Origin: Mustelus asterias
Taxonomy: Eukaryota
NCBI RefSeq assembly: GCF_964213995.1
Contig: NC_135830.1
Coordinates: 5,084,001-5,148,000, forward strand
Reading direction: 5' to 3'
DNA: 64,000 nt
Part shown: positions 1 to 14,270 of the stretch, in pieces
Layout of the letters: every line of letters starts with the position of its first letter
Numbering within the stretch: the stretch's first letter is position 1
Made by a program: the position numbers and the translations under genes
The notes under the pieces: generated by a model
What the model saw: the letters and a program-made list of their open reading frames with translations, nothing else
What the model was told of the DNA's origin: nothing
The model's database searches: none

Positions 1-227
1 AGAGTGAATAATGTAATTTTGCAGTCATAGCTGTTGTGTAGAGAAAAATGAACTTAATGCGACGGAGGTCCATTCAAACGTCTGATAGCAGCAGGAAATA
101 AATTGTATTTCATTCGGTTTTTACGTGTCCTCAGACTTTTGTATCTTGTTCCCGATGTAATAAGGTGAGAGAGTATGTCCGGAGTGCGTGGAGTTTTATT
201 TTCATAGGATTTTAGATATTTTTACAA

Positions 228-760
228 GTGTTGAATCGGAGGTTGTGTTGAGTCAGCGAGAGGCAGAAAGTGGGCGCCCCTGAAACTCTTTGAGACTGAC
301 CTGCAAAGCCAACATATTCAATGTTGGCAGTAACTGGATGGTCTGAGTCCGACAGTTCCCTGAACAGTGTTTACAGTGTCTTCTTCAGTACGATAGTCTT
401 GGGTCAACCTACAATTCCTCCGCCCCAGGATTCAGAATCAATTTACTCCGCCCAAAGACACTTCAAACAACGTAAAGAGAAAATGCTGGAAAATCTCATC
501 AAGTCTGGCAGCATCTGTAAGGAGAGAGAAGAGCTGACTTTTCGATTCCAGATGACCCTTTTGTCAAAGCTTTGTCAAAAGGTCATCTGGATTCCAAATG
601 TCAGCTATTTTCTCTCCTCCCAGATATTGCCAGGCCTGCTGAGATTTTCCAGCAATATCTCTTTTGGTTTCAATTCCAGAATCCGTAGTAATTTGCTTTT
701 ATACTTCAAACGACATCGTCTCTTTGGAAATAACTGAAAACCGAAGATTCCTATCTTTAC
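228..760 (+). pseudogene. VH pseudogene 1
   Basis: VESEVVLSQREAESGRP*NSLRLTCKA...WMV*VRQ...KDTSNN; stops, acceptor AG>AA, insertion in FR3 (472-702), no YYC or RSS. Confidence 0.9.
472..702. mobile_element. Penelope-like inverted-terminus (hairpin) insertion in VH pseudogene 1
   Basis: Inverted arms centred on AAAGCTTT (566-573); target-site duplication ACTTCAAACAAC (460-471) / ACTTCAAACGAC (703-714); same family at 6420-6935, 19611-20141 and 54202-55450. Confidence 0.7.
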
Positions 761-2489
761 CCTGTCTGTTCTGCATAGACTCCAATTCCACTATGATGAA
801 AATGACTCTTAGCCACTACTGAAATTGCCGAGCAGGCCAGTCAGCTGTATCAAAGCTGCTATGGAAAAACAAATAATAAAATCATCCAGAGGGCAGGTTT
901 CAACAAGGTGGTTCACAACAGCCTTCTCAGCAGGGACAACTAAATGTTGGCTTTGTCAGTGATGCTCACATCCAGAGGATCAATAACAACAGTGTAAAGT
1001 GCTGCCGATTCTGGAAATCTAAAACTAAAGCAACACAAATGCTACTCAGCAGGTCAGTGTACATCAGCAGATAGAGAACCAGATTCACATTTAAAATCGA
1101 TGCCAGGATGCAAAATCTCATTGATATATTCGAAAGAGCAAGGCTGTTCTCCCCAATATCCTACCTTAATACTGATTCTTCAAACAAAATCACAAATTTA
1201 CTGGCAATTTATCACATCTCGGTTTGTGGGAGTTTGTTGTACGTACATTACCTGTTGTATTTGCAACATGATAGCAGTGACTAAATTCAGCAAAGGTACA
1301 TCAGTGAGTTTTAAGAACTTTGGGACGACATGAAGTCGGGTAAAGGGTTCTATAAATGTAAGCTCTACCAAAATGAAAGTTGTAATACGTTGGAAGTGCT
1401 GAGAGATTAATGCGAATATATTCATTCCTCTGCTGATCATAGCAGCATAGAATCATCGAATCCAGTGCAGTGCAGTGGGAGGCCATTCGGTCCATCAAGT
1501 CTGCAGCTGCTCTCCAGCAGAGCATCCTATCCAGGCCCAGCCTTCACCCTATCCCGACAACCTCACATATTCAGAGGCTAATGTCTCTAACCTACACATC
1601 GTTGCACACTAAGGGGCAATTTAGAATCGCCATTCCACCTTGGGCCTGGGAATGATGCCCTGCTGGACAGCTGGTTCAGACTTGATGAAGCGATGGTCTC
1701 CTTCTGCACTGTAGGGGTTTTGTGATTCTACGTTGCTCATCCTTGGACTCAAAGGAGCAATTTATCGTACCAATCCACCTAACCGGTACATCCTTGGACT
1801 GTGGAAGGAAACCGGAGCACCGGAGGAAACTCACATGGACATGGTAGAATGTGAAAAACCACACACAGTCACCCAAGGTTGGAATCGAACCCTCTTCCCT
1901 GTCACTGTGAGGCTGCAATGCTACTTGTATCACTTAGTGATAACCACACTGGATTTTTTATTCTTCCCTCGTGTGAGTCTGATCACTAATTATGACAGGA
2001 ATATTTCACACATCAGTTCTCTTTGTTTTAACTTGTCTAGTTGAAGCAATTTAGATCATCAATCAAATTAACATTCAATGGAATACCAGCCTGTTCACAG
2101 ATACTTTATTTATTGTGACATCAGAATTTTCAGAACAAATTCTTAAATAGAATGTATTTATTCATTTAATTAAATAGCATCTGGTGTAATGTATGTTAAA
2201 AAGGTTTCTATTCATTTTGAACCAACTGTTAATATTCTTAAAATAACCGCTATTTTGAGTTGAAATGAATGAATAAATGATCATCTGTTTTTGCTGCCAT
2301 GAACTTTTCATTGTAAACAGTGAGGTGCTTATGTAAATAAACACAGAAATAGAAATCCCAGGTTAGATTCTTGACTGACAAAGAGACAACAAATATTTCC
2401 CCACCAGCACAGCACAGAAATAGAGACAAACATGCAAATTGATCAACGGATTCCAGAAATGATTGTTTTTATACATTAGTTATTCATCA

Positions 2490-5400
2490 ATTATATGAAG
2501 AAATAATATCATGACAATACCTATGTTAAGAATTCGCAAAAAATCCTCTGATCCCGAAATGTGATAACACGGCAAATGTGTTCATGGAAATTCCCTGTGT
2601 TTCATCTCTCTCTCTGTCTTTCTCCTTCTGGTTCTAAGTCTTGTCTCTTCACGATAGTTCATCGTCTTCACTCCACAATCTGAATTCAATGTTGCCCAAT
2701 GTATTCTCTCAGCCAGAGTAGTAAGGAATGCAACGCAATGAATTGGAATCCATGAGGGAGATTTACTCTAAAAGATCTCTTGAGCATTCTATTATCTTGG
2801 GATATTTTATACATTTCCCTCTGTATCTAATCTGTGTTGTACCCCGTAACAAGGATTCGATGTGGCAGTACCAAAGAAATTTTCCCTGTATTTATCCCTG
2901 CCCTTGGACTGTTTGACTGGACAGTGTAGAGGAATATTTAACCTGCATCTAAACTCACGTACCTGCCCTTTGAATGTTTGATATTACTTGTAAAGGGAGA
3001 TTTAATCCGTATCTAATCTCTGCTGTACCTGACTTGGGTGTATTTTATGGGACTGTGTCGAGGGATCTTCCCCTTCTACCGAACACCAATTCAAACTTGC
3101 CTCCCGATTCTCTGAAGGAAAAATGCAGAAGTTGTTTTACCTAGAAGAGAATCCCTGGTCTGTATGCCTTCATTGTATTTGAGCAGACTTTGTAGAGGGA
3201 GTTTCACTCTGTTTCTAGACAGTCTCCCTTTTCCAGGGATGTTTTATTTTGATAGTGAGAGGGAGGTTCACTTTGTATCTAAATCATGCTATTCCTGACT
3301 TGGGAGTGTTAAATTTGGCAATGCATGGGGGAACTTTACTGTTAACCCCATATTACTCCTGTCCTGTGAATTTTTGATGGGGCAGTCGGCCGTCTCTCCA
3401 AATTTCATGGAGATTGAACCAGTCTCTTTATTAGACAGTCAATTTACCCTGTGTCAGCTTCTATTATATAAGGTCATGCCTCGGTTTATGCTGCACGAGA
3501 CCCTATCTCTTCACATATTAAACGAGATGCTTTCTCTGACTATACTAAATTAGACCTTGTCCCTGTTTATATTATGCATCAACATGTTTCAGTTTATATC
3601 AAACTAGACGGTGTATCGGTTTGTATTAATTTAGACCTGTCTGTCTGTATTAAACTAGATGGAGTCTTATTTCTGCACTTGACCCTATCCACGTTTATAT
3701 TGCATTGCATGGTCTCAGTTTTTACTGCACTGGACAATGCCAGTAATGAGGAAAGTGTTTAGGGGGACACAATTCTCTGCATCCTCTTAAACAAGGAAAA
3801 GAAGCAGTGTTATCTGAAATCTACTTCTGCTGACTGCATTGAAAATGGTTACTAAGACCTGTATAGCATGCACTGTCAACACAGAACAAAGAACAAGAAA
3901 ATTACTGCAGAGGAACAGGCCCTTCGGCACTGGAAGCCCGCACCGACCAAATACTGTCGATCCAATACTGCCTGTTTCAGAATCCTGCCAGAGACCACTG
4001 TTTTTCATCCAACATAATATCTCTTCTTCTCGTAGAACCGCGGAGAAATGCAGACATCATTCAAATAGAGGCAACATTAAGTGCAGGCATAACACTAACA
4101 CAGTCTAGTGAAATATGTACAGGGTCAGGATCAAATATTACTGAACCAGAGAGTGTGGCTCGTGCAGTATAAACTGATTTCTAGTCTAGCAGTGTATTAA
4201 CAGAGACAGACTCTAATTCAACATAAACTGGGTCCTGATCCAGCAAAATAGAAATGGGTTTCTTTCCGAGTGCCATGTGGGGATGGTCAAAGGCCAAATG
4301 CTGATCTTTTCAGTGACACCCACATCCCATGAAACAAACATTACAAATATATATGACAATGTCGAGGAATATAAAACTGAGACAGTGTCCAGTGCAGTTT
4401 TACTGGACATAGGAGCTTATGCATATAAACTGAGACAGAGCCCAGTAATTAATGATACAGGACCTAAATTTCTTTAGAGTGAGACGGAGTCAAGTGCATT
4501 AGTAATAATTACTAATAGATACAGGACAGTGACAGATGTAAACTGAGACAGAGTCCAGTGTATTAGTAATGATTACTGATACAGCACCTAGACTGATGTA
4601 AACTGAGACAGAGCCCAGTTTATTTGTAACAATTACTGGTACAGGGCCTAGACTGATACACACTGAGATACGGACAATGCAGCAATTAGGAGGTATTGCA
4701 AAATGCAATTATAGCTCAGACGTGACATAGTCTTAAATAAATAAATACATGGACTGGTGCAGCATTGACGCAAACAGGATCGAGTTTATCAAAATCTAAT
4801 GAACTATTAGCATAATAACTGTGACAGATACATGTGTCATGTATGAAGCAGTTGCTCCAGTTTAGTATGCAGTGGCAAATGTTCTGAGGCAGTAAGAATT
4901 GAGACACGGCCTCCTGTCGGATCAGCAGAAGCATGGCTCAGTACAGCCATAACTTAGAAATTATAATATAAACAGGGCCTGTGTCTCATATATGAACACC
5001 TGATATTGAGCCAAGTGTAGGAAATAGCTTAGACATGACCTCCTGGAATGTGATCCAGGCGCAGCCTACTGTAATATAGACAGACGCAGAAGCTAGCTGA
5101 ATATAGGCAGAGATATGGTATGTTTAAAATTGTTTCATGTGATTTGATGTCACTGGGAAAGTCAGCTTTTGTTGTCAAACCATGATTTCCTTTGAGAATA
5201 TGGCGGCAGGCTTTGGGAAGCTGGTGGGTGGGGTGTTCTTCGAGCCAGCTACTTTCTCCAGAATGACATTGAGTTTTTGAGTGGCACAAGTCAGGCAAGT
5301 AGAGAATATTCAATCATTTGTGTCGGCACATATTTGGTGGGCCGAAGGGCCTGTTCCTGTGCTTTACTGTTCTGTGATATTTGTTCATACTCCTGCCTTT

Positions 5401-7519
5401 TGCCTTGTAGATGATGGATAGGAGTTGGGAATTCAGGAGGTGCGTTGTTCACTGCAGAACTCCGAGCGTCTGACCTGCTCCTGTGGCCACATGATTTAAA
5501 CGTCTGTCTCCGTTCAGATTTTCACGAATTATAATTCCCAGGATGTTGATAGTGGGCGAATTCAGCGATGGGTAATGCCATTTAATGTCATGGGGAGTGG
5601 TTTGGAATCTCCCTCATTGGAGACTGTCATTGCCTGCCACTTGTGGTGCATGAATGTTCCTTGTCATTCATTATCCAATGACTGAATGTTTTCTAACTCT
5701 TACTGCATATGGGCACAGACTGTGTCAGTAACTGAGGAGTCACAACTGGTGCGGAACTTTGTGCAATCACCTGTGAAAATCCCACTTCTGAACTTTGATG
5801 AAGGATGAAGCTTGGGGCTAGGTCACTACCTGAAGAAATCCTGCAGCAATGCGTGTGACTGGCATGATTGACCATCAACAACCATCTTCCTTTGTGCTCA
5901 GCGTGACTCAGGCAGTGGACTCTGTTCCCCCTGATTCCCATTGTGACATTAATAAATAAACTACAAACCTCAAATCTTCCAGCAAATAAGGAGAATGTCA
6001 TAAATGTTCAGAAAGATAGTAATTATTTTCACCAATGACCATCCATTCGCAATTTAATAAATGCATTCACCAATTCTCATTCATTCACAAAGGTTAGTCT
6101 ATTTAAAATTACTTGATGGAAGGTGGGCGACTGTCTAAGCTATAATTTATTTCACATTGCTAATTGCATTCGGTAAGCTGATGGTTAGCCGTCTTCTTGA
6201 ACCGCTGCACAATCTGCAGTGTAGGTACATCCACAGTGCTGTTAGGAAGGGTTCTCCTGGATTCCGACCCAGCGACAGTAAAGGAGCGGTAATATATGTC
6301 CAAGTCAGGTTTATAAGCGTCTTGGAGGGGAATATCCAGGCGGGGTTGTTCTAATTCACCAATTAACATCAATTCATATAGATAAACAATTATTTCACCA
6401 ATTATATTCAGTATTCTGATAAATGGAAAATACTGCGGATTCTAGAAACTGAAACAAAAGCAATAAATTCCGAAAATCTCCACAGGTCTGATCGCATCTG
6501 TGGAAAGAGAACAGAGTCAAAGTTTCGAGTCGGGATGACCCTTTTTTTTTATTTGGGGGAAATTGAAGAGAGTGATGACATTGGGAAATGATGAGGTGGA
6601 AAGGGATTAGGATATAGTTAGCGATTGAGATGTTGATTAGGTTAGTTAGCATGGAGAAGTTGATGATTTTTGGGATCGGTATGTAAATTGATGCAACTTG
6701 TGTGTGGCTCGAAATAGTGCATATAATTAAACAGTATCTATTTGAACTATTCCCATTTCACAGGAAAGTTATGCAGCTTCTCTGACACCTTGTTAGAAAC
6801 AATGATGATCTCTCCAACGCATCAGGAATACTCTGCCGAAGCGTCATCCAAAAACGAAACGTTGGCTCTATTCTGTCTCCACAGATGCTGTCAGACCTGC
6901 TGAGATTTTCCAGCATTTTCTGTTTGTTTCCAGTATTTCCTTCTAAACAACTTTGCTTTGAATAATTTATTGATATTAACATTTATTGACACCTTTTTGT
7001 CACCAAGGATAAAATCTGTCCCAGAATTCAGTTGGAAATTGAATGAATACAGACCGAGGATCATGAGTAGCTACCCAGCAGACTCTGCGCTTTAAACTCC
7101 TGAATCATAACTGGTGTGATGATTTCCAAAGTAATCATACAAATTAAACTACCTGCACCAAATATGATTTTACTGAATCTTTAAATCCCGATTCATTATT
7201 ACACAGTTTTGGGAAATAATGTAACACTTGTAGTTATCCAGTGAGTTTCACAATATATCTGTTGCCACATTATTTATTTTACAGCCTGTTACCTTCATTT
7301 ATTTGGGTGAGGGCATGGTGAGTGATTTGCTGCACATGTTTCAAATATTACAAACCTCCATCCTCAGCCAAATCATGTTCCCTCTTTCGATCTTGGATAT
7401 GAATATTCAGCATCAGCAGAGAAATGAACCATCCGTGCTGCAGGAAAATCCCCTCTTCTTTTCGTGAGGATCAGCTTGCTAGCTCCCTCGAAACTAGGGT
7501 TGGATTTCTCCCAGAACCT
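2490..7519 (-). pseudogene. FUT8-like pseudogene, 3' partial copy (exons 7293-7519, 7055-7152, ~3785-4037, ~2490-2730)
   Basis: Colinear homology to 15272-20791. Confidence 0.6.
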
Positions 7520-9210
7520 CTCGAAATATTGACGTTATTAGACTGACAGAAATGGGATAAAGGAGCTGTTTCAATTTATGGACCAGTGAAGTACAAATAT
7601 GGGAATGTAGAACAACATCTTTCAGTACCATTTAACAATGCATCTATCAATCCATTCACTGGTTCCTCAATCAAAATACTCAGGCATCCAACTGTCATTC
7701 ATCCAACTATCATTCATTCAACTGTCATTCATTCCTGCATCAAGACAGGCATTCATTTATTGTTTGCGCAGATGGTGACGTAATATCAATTTAATTGGCC
7801 CAGTGATCCAGAGGCCCAGGACAATGATGTGGGGACAGGGATTTAAATCGGAGCATTGCAGCTGATGGAATTTGAATTCAACTAATAAGTATGGAATACA
7901 TTCTAATGGCCATGCTAAATTGCCCCTTAGTATCCAAAGATGTTCAGATTAGGTGGATTGGTCATGGTAAATGTGTGGGGCTATGGGGAATGGGTAGGGG
8001 AAAGGGTTTGGCTCAGATACTCTGTCAGAGATTCGGTGCAGACTCGATGGGCAATTTTTGAGAGGTTGATTCAACGGCAAGTGTTGCCCATGAAGCTATT
8101 AGTTGTGGTTGTATATTGTCGTTTTCTGTGTCATGAATAAGACCGAGGAATTTTTGTTGGAGAGCCTAGTTCCCCCAAATCTTGTAGTCTCTGCTCTGAT
8201 GCTAGTGTCGAATGTCTTATTTAGATTCAGGAAGGTATGGTTATGATACGTATATCTTCCGACACAAACACAACACTGTGCTTCAGGTTAATCCCGGTCT
8301 TCAAGCAGATGAGTAACAAAATTGTCATCCTATCAAAGGCCTTTCCCATGATGCTATGATTGAGATACAGCTGCAGATGTTGCCGCCTCTTCTGTCGACC
8401 TTGTCTTCGGATAGTGTGATGCTTTTGAATGATGAGTCTCCTGTGGAACGGAACCTATATTCTGGCAGAGAAAGAGAAGGTAATAAATGTTCAGAAAGTT
8501 GGTATTTATTTTCACCAACTGCCATCCATTCACAAAGTTACACAATTTTGTTCATAAGTTATCATCCATTCATAAACATTAATCGTTTAAGTTTTAATTT
8601 AATGGATACGTGCGTTGCTGGCTCAGTCAGCATTTGTTGCCCATACCTAATTGCCCTTAGTGAGCTGGTGGTGAGCTACCTTCTTGAATTGCTGCAGAAC
8701 CGGTGGTGCTGGTACCCACACTGTGCTGTTGCAGAGGGACTTCTAGGATTTCGATCCAGCGATAGTGAAGGAAGGACGATATATTTCCAAGTCAGGTATA
8801 TGACTGACTTGGAGGGGAATTTATAGGTGATATTCCCTGGTAATTGTTACCCCTGTCCTTCCAGATGGTAGGTGTCGTGTGGTTGGAAGGTGTTGCGTAA
8901 GGAGTTTCGGTGAGTTTCGGAAGTGAAACTTGTAGATGGTACATAATGCTGCTCTCTGTGGTGGAGGGACTGAGCATTTGCAAATGCTGTGCCAGTCCAG
9001 CCGGCGGCTTTGTCCTGAATGGTATGAAGATTCTTGAATTTTGTTTGAGCTGCACTTACTCAAGCAAGTGGAGAGAACCCTTTTACTCTCCTGACTTGTG
9101 TCGTGTAGGTGGTGCACAGGTTTGGGGAGTCAGGAGGTGGGTTACTCAAAGCAGGCTGACCTGATATTCTAGCCGGAGCATTTATATACCTAGTTAATGC
9201 AGCGATTATA

Positions 9211-10055
9211 ATGCAGCAGATGGAGTATAACGTTGACAAGTGTGAGGTTATGCGCTTTGGAAGGAATAATAGTAAAATGGACTATTATTTATACGGTGAA
9301 AAATTACAACATGCTACTGTACAGAGGGACCTGGGGGTCCTTGTGCATGAATCGCAAAAACTCAGTTTGCAGGTGCAGCAGGTGATCAAGAAGGCAAATG
9401 GAATGTTGGCCTTTATTGCGAAGGGGATGGAGTATAAAAGCAGGGAGGTCTTGCTGAAGTTGTACAAGGTACTGGTGAGGCCGCAACTAGAGTACTGTGT
9501 GCAATTTTATTTCCCTTATTTGCGGAAGGATATATTGGCTTTGGAGGGAGTACAGAGAAGGTTCACCAGGTTGATACCAGAGATGAGGGGGTTAGCTTAT
9601 GAGGAGAGATTGTGTAGATTGGGCCTGTACTCGTTGGAGTTTAGAAGGCTGAGGGGAGATCTTATAGAGACATATAAGATAATGAAGTGGCTAGACAGGG
9701 TAGAGGCAGAGAGATCCTTTCCACTTAGAAAGGAAACAAGAACTAGAGGACACAGTCTCAAAATAAGGGGGAGTCAGTTTAGAACAGAGTTGAGGGGCAA
9801 CTTCTTCTCTCAGAGGGTAGTGAATCTCTGGAATTCTCTGCCCATTGAAGCAGTGGAGGCTACCTCGTTAAATATGCTGAAGTCACAGGTAGATAGATCT
9901 CTGATCAATAAGGGAATTAAGGGTTATGGGGAGCGGGCAGGTAAGTGGAACTAAACCACTATCAGATCAGCCATGGTCTTATTGAATGGCGGGGCAGGCT
10001 CGAGGGGCTTGATGGCCTACTCCTGCTCCTATTTCTTATGTTCTTATGTTCTTAT
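9211..10055 (+). mobile_element. CR1-clade LINE 3' fragment (end of ORF2 plus 3'UTR)
   Basis: ORF 9211-9954 with RDLGVLV...LYKVLVRPQLEYCVQF...RGDLIETYK...VNLWNSLP; (TTCTTATG)n tail. Confidence 0.93.
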
Positions 10056-10364
10056 TAGCCAATGGTAACCCCGCCGATGTTTATAGTGGGTGATTCAGTA
10101 TCATAATATCATTGTGTGACAAGGGGCAATGGGTCGGTTCTCCCTTTTTGGAGATGATCATTGCCTGGCGTCAATATTACCAACAACCTTCAATTCACAA
10201 AAATAAATTAATATTTCACCAATTATTGTCAGTATTTTATTTGATGCAAATATAATTGCAGTTTATGAAACTGCAGATTCAAATGTATTGAGATAACATT
10301 GGCCTTTCTGTCACGAAAGAAACAAATCTGCCCCAGAATTCAGCGGGAAATTGAATTAAATCAG

Positions 10365-13300
10365 CCAAATAGTAGCAGCTACCCAGCAGCCTCTGCGCTT
10401 TATTAACAAGTAATGACCTCATCATCACACAGAAACTCCTGATATATAACTGGAGTGTGTGACCATTTTAAAAATGACTGTACAACTGAAAGTATCTGTA
10501 TCTAATGTGAATTTATAGACGCTTAAAATCCCGATTCATTTTTACAAAGTTCTGGCAAGTAATTTAAAACTTCAAGCTGTCCAGTGAGTTTCACAATATT
10601 GTAGTTGCCACATCGTTTATTTTTTAGCGTATTATCTTCACTAATTTGGGTGATGATCTGTTGAGTGATTTTGTTGCACTAGGAAGGCCACATGTTCCAA
10701 ATATTACAATCTTCCCTCATCAACCTAATCATGTTCCCTCTTTCCATCTTGCATTTGGAGATTCACCATCAGCAGGGGGGGGGGGGGGGGGGGAATCAGA
10801 CTACTCTTAGTGACGTTCAATTCATTTGTTCCGCATGTCCCTGGGATGGAATTCACCCAGAAAATCTGGAAGGATTAAAGGTTGTGGACTGACACAATTG
10901 TAATAAAGGACCAGCCTCGATTTTTGAAGTAGTAAAACACAAGTGTGCGAATGTGGAACAACAAATGTCAGGACCAGCTATCATCACATCCATCAGTCCA
11001 TTCACTGATTCCTCGATGAAAACATTCAGGCAGCCAACTATCGTTCATCCCTGCATCAACACAGGCATTTATTTATTTCTTGTGTCGATGGTGGCGTAAT
11101 ATTAATGCCAGTGGAGCAGTAATCCAGAAGCCCAGGCCAGTGATGTGTGAACGCGAGATTAAATCCGACCATGGCAGCTGGTGGAATTTGATTTCAATCA
11201 ATAAATCTGGATTCATATTTGCAGCGACCAGATGAACCACTCTGATTCCCCAATCAAGGAAATCTGCCATCCCTACTTAGTCTCACCAGGGTGTGACTCC
11301 AGACGGACAGCAGTATGCGTAACTGGGCAATGCCTTCTGAAATGTCCTAACACACCACTCAGTTCAAAATAAATTAAGCACAGGAAACAAATGTTGGTCT
11401 TTCCAGAGGCTCCCATGGAAGAAAAAAGTGAAATAAAACACAAGCATACATGTTTATGTATTATAAAATGTATCACCTCTCTGAATCAACTCTCACAATC
11501 TGCCTGTGTTTATTTTTATCCATCGTTCACAGTATTTTGTTGTGTTGGAGAGATCATCATTGTTGCTAACAAGGTGCCAGAGAAGCTGGAAACTTTCTTT
11601 TCCAAAGAAATGGGAAGCATTTATATAGGTTTACAACTTAAACAATAATTAACTTGCCTCCAGTACTGTTGCTGGGCAGATTTGTTTATAAATAGGCCCC
11701 ATTGACAATGTTGAGAGTTTGAAGTTGGCTTGCAGCCAAGCGCTCAGTGCTGAGGAAACAGATCTTTGAGTTTCTGAACAAACACCCTCAGATGCTTCCT
11801 GTAAATATCTTCGGGTATTTGGCAGCAGGTTGGACTGCTGCCAAATACTGCGTGGGACAGATTAACGTGAATCTGTAAGAATAAAATGGGACTTAGCCAG
11901 TTATATAATAAATGTTTGATTCCCACAAGAAAGACACGTTTTAAATGGTATTCTCAGCAAATATTTTAAATGAATGCACTGTTCATTATGTGATTAAACA
12001 GTATCGGAAACTAGTAAATTGGCTAGTTGCTATTTCATTTGTATAACTTGCAAATAAATGTCGTTCCAACAATTAAATCCACTTTGTGAGCAACTTCATG
12101 AAGTGCACGAAAGAGATTTTGATGTCCCCAATCCCTCAGTCCAACGAGATCAGTGTAATGGCCCAAAATTAAAATAATTAAAAGTAAAAGAAAGTCATAT
12201 AACAGCCTTGAACAGCGCGGATTCCTGGAATATTCTCAGTGTTCTACACCTCTTTAAAAAGACAACGTCAATTATACGTGATTGGCACCATGTTCTGTTG
12301 TGCAGCATAACCTGATTTCGATTATTTAACAGTCCCTCTCATAGCTGCCAATGAGTGAAGAAATGACCAGTTCATAACCTGGTTCAGTGGAAGATAAAAC
12401 ATTTACTCTTGTGATATTGTGCAAAATGCCGCAAAGTCCTGATATCCTGTGTTCCCACGACGAATGAATGTTAGACAGCGGTGGCCAATAAAATGAGCTG
12501 TAATGATTGGGATGCTAAAGGAGAACTTTCCTGATCGCCGTGTTGGTTCTGATTCATTAATTTCTCTGTCCAAATCGATTTCAATTTTATGTATCTCTGT
12601 CAACTCAATTAATTATAAGTCAACCAGGTTTCTTTCACTGTTAATTTTCACAGGGTTAAGGAGCTGTTGGGGAAATATGAGGTGTAACATTGTATCATAT
12701 GAGGAGTTTCTTTTTTCAATTCATTCATGGACGGCACGGTGGCATAGTTGTTAGCACTGCTGCCGCACAACGCAAGGGACCCGGATTCAATTCCCGGTTT
12801 GGATCTGCGTAGAGTCTCTGTCTGTGTGGAGTCTGCACGTCCTCCAATTGTCTGCCTATTTACTCACACGGTCCGAAGATGTGCCGCTTAGGTTGATTGG
12901 CGATGATAAATTCTTCTATGATGCCAGGGGAATTAGCAGCGAATATACGTGGGGTGATGGGGATAGGGCCTGAGTGGGAATGTTGTCGGTGCAGGCCTAA
13001 TGGGCCAAATGGCCTCCTTCTGCTCTGTAGGGATTCTATGGACATGGATGCCGCTGGACGATCAGGATTTATTGCCCACTCCTTGTCCGAGGGCAGATGA
13101 GAGCCAACCACATTGCTGTGGCTCTGGAATCACATGTAGGCCAGCCAGGCAAGGACTGCAGATTTCCTTCTCTAAAGGACATTACTGAAGACACTCGACA
13201 ATGATATCATGATCATAAGTAGATTCCTAAGTCCAGACGTTTTTACTGAATTTAAATTCCACCATCTGTCGTGGCGGGATTCGAAGCCGGATCCTGAGAA

Positions 13301-13690
13301 CATTAGTTGAGTTTGTGGATTAATTGTGTAGCGATAATAACACTAAGCCATTGCTTCCCTTTTTGCTTATATCCAGTCCCAAATTACACGGATAGCTATC
13401 CACACCTGAAATACAATCATCCCAGCATGTAGTTACATAAATCGATAATAATTCCTCTCATGAATTATTATTTTGCTGCAATGTGTTAGAGACACAGAAT
13501 TATTGCAAATCTGACTGACGTCTTTACCCTGATAAGATAATGTCACCTTGTTTATGTCTATTCCCTTGTGAAGGGGTGCAGAAATGAAGGTATTTAATTT
13601 ACAATGAAATTGTTTCTTTTATATAACAGATAATCAAATGCAATTTCACCCCTTGGACTTACAGAGACATTACAATGGATCTCAATCTTA
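10365..13690 (-). pseudogene. FUT8-like pseudogene, 5' partial copy (exons 12278-12565, 11658-11872, 11450-11596, 10636-10865, ~10365-10495)
   Basis: Colinear homology to 20278-23002; exon 11658-11872 reads IHVNLSHAVFGSSPTCCQIPEDIYRKHLRVFVQKLKDLFPQH*ALGCK...QQYW. Confidence 0.62.
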
Positions 13691-13784
13691 CTGCCTCAGT
13701 ATTAGTCTGTTTCTGGAATGTTCCCGTGTCAGCAATCAATTCACCGGGAGTAATCCTCGGTATTTTTGATAAATTTTATTTGAT

Positions 13785-14080
13785 TTCATTTGATTTATTA
13801 TTATCACACATATTACTACACAGTGAAAGTTATTGTTTCGTGTTCACTATATAGACAGAGCATACTGTACATAGGGAAGAAAGGGAGAGTGTATAGAATG
13901 TAATGTTACAGTCATAGCTCGGGTGTAGAAAAAGATCAACTTAATGCGAGGTTGGTCCATTCAAAAGTCTGAATGCAGCAAGAAAGAAACTGTTTTTGAC
14001 TCGGTTTATGAATGTCCTCAAGCTTTTGCATCATCGCGATGGAAAAAGGCGAGAGAGTATGTCCGGGGTGCGTGGCGTTG
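13785..14080 (-). mobile_element. L2-like LINE 3' end in the pseudo-V leader intron (homolog at 1-190)
   Basis: (TTTGA)n-type tail followed by ggtccattcaaaagtctga...gcagcaagaaagaaactg; absent from the functional V intron. Confidence 0.55.
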
Positions 14081-14112
14081 TTTTTACATGTTTTTCTTTC
14101 ATATTTGTAAAA

Positions 14113-14270
14113 GTGTCTAATCAGACATTGTGTTGGCTCAGCCAGAGGCAGAAACCAGGCGTCCCTGAGGCTCCCTGAGACTGACCTGGAAAGCCATCGC
14201 GTGGCTTTACCCATGGCAGCAACTGGGTGTCTGGGTCAGACAGGTCCCTGGACAGTGTTTGTAGTATCTT
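14113..14270 (+). pseudogene. VH pseudogene 2 (FR1-FR2), truncated by a CR1 LINE
   Basis: V*SDIVLAQPEAETRRP*GSLRLTWK...WVSGSDRSL (frameshifted FR2); a leader-intron homolog lies at ~13690-13770. Confidence 0.9.

Noticed and set aside
10365-10495. GREB1-like 'FLCDD' similarity
   Set aside because: One short match only; neighbouring exons fit the FUT8 motif order better
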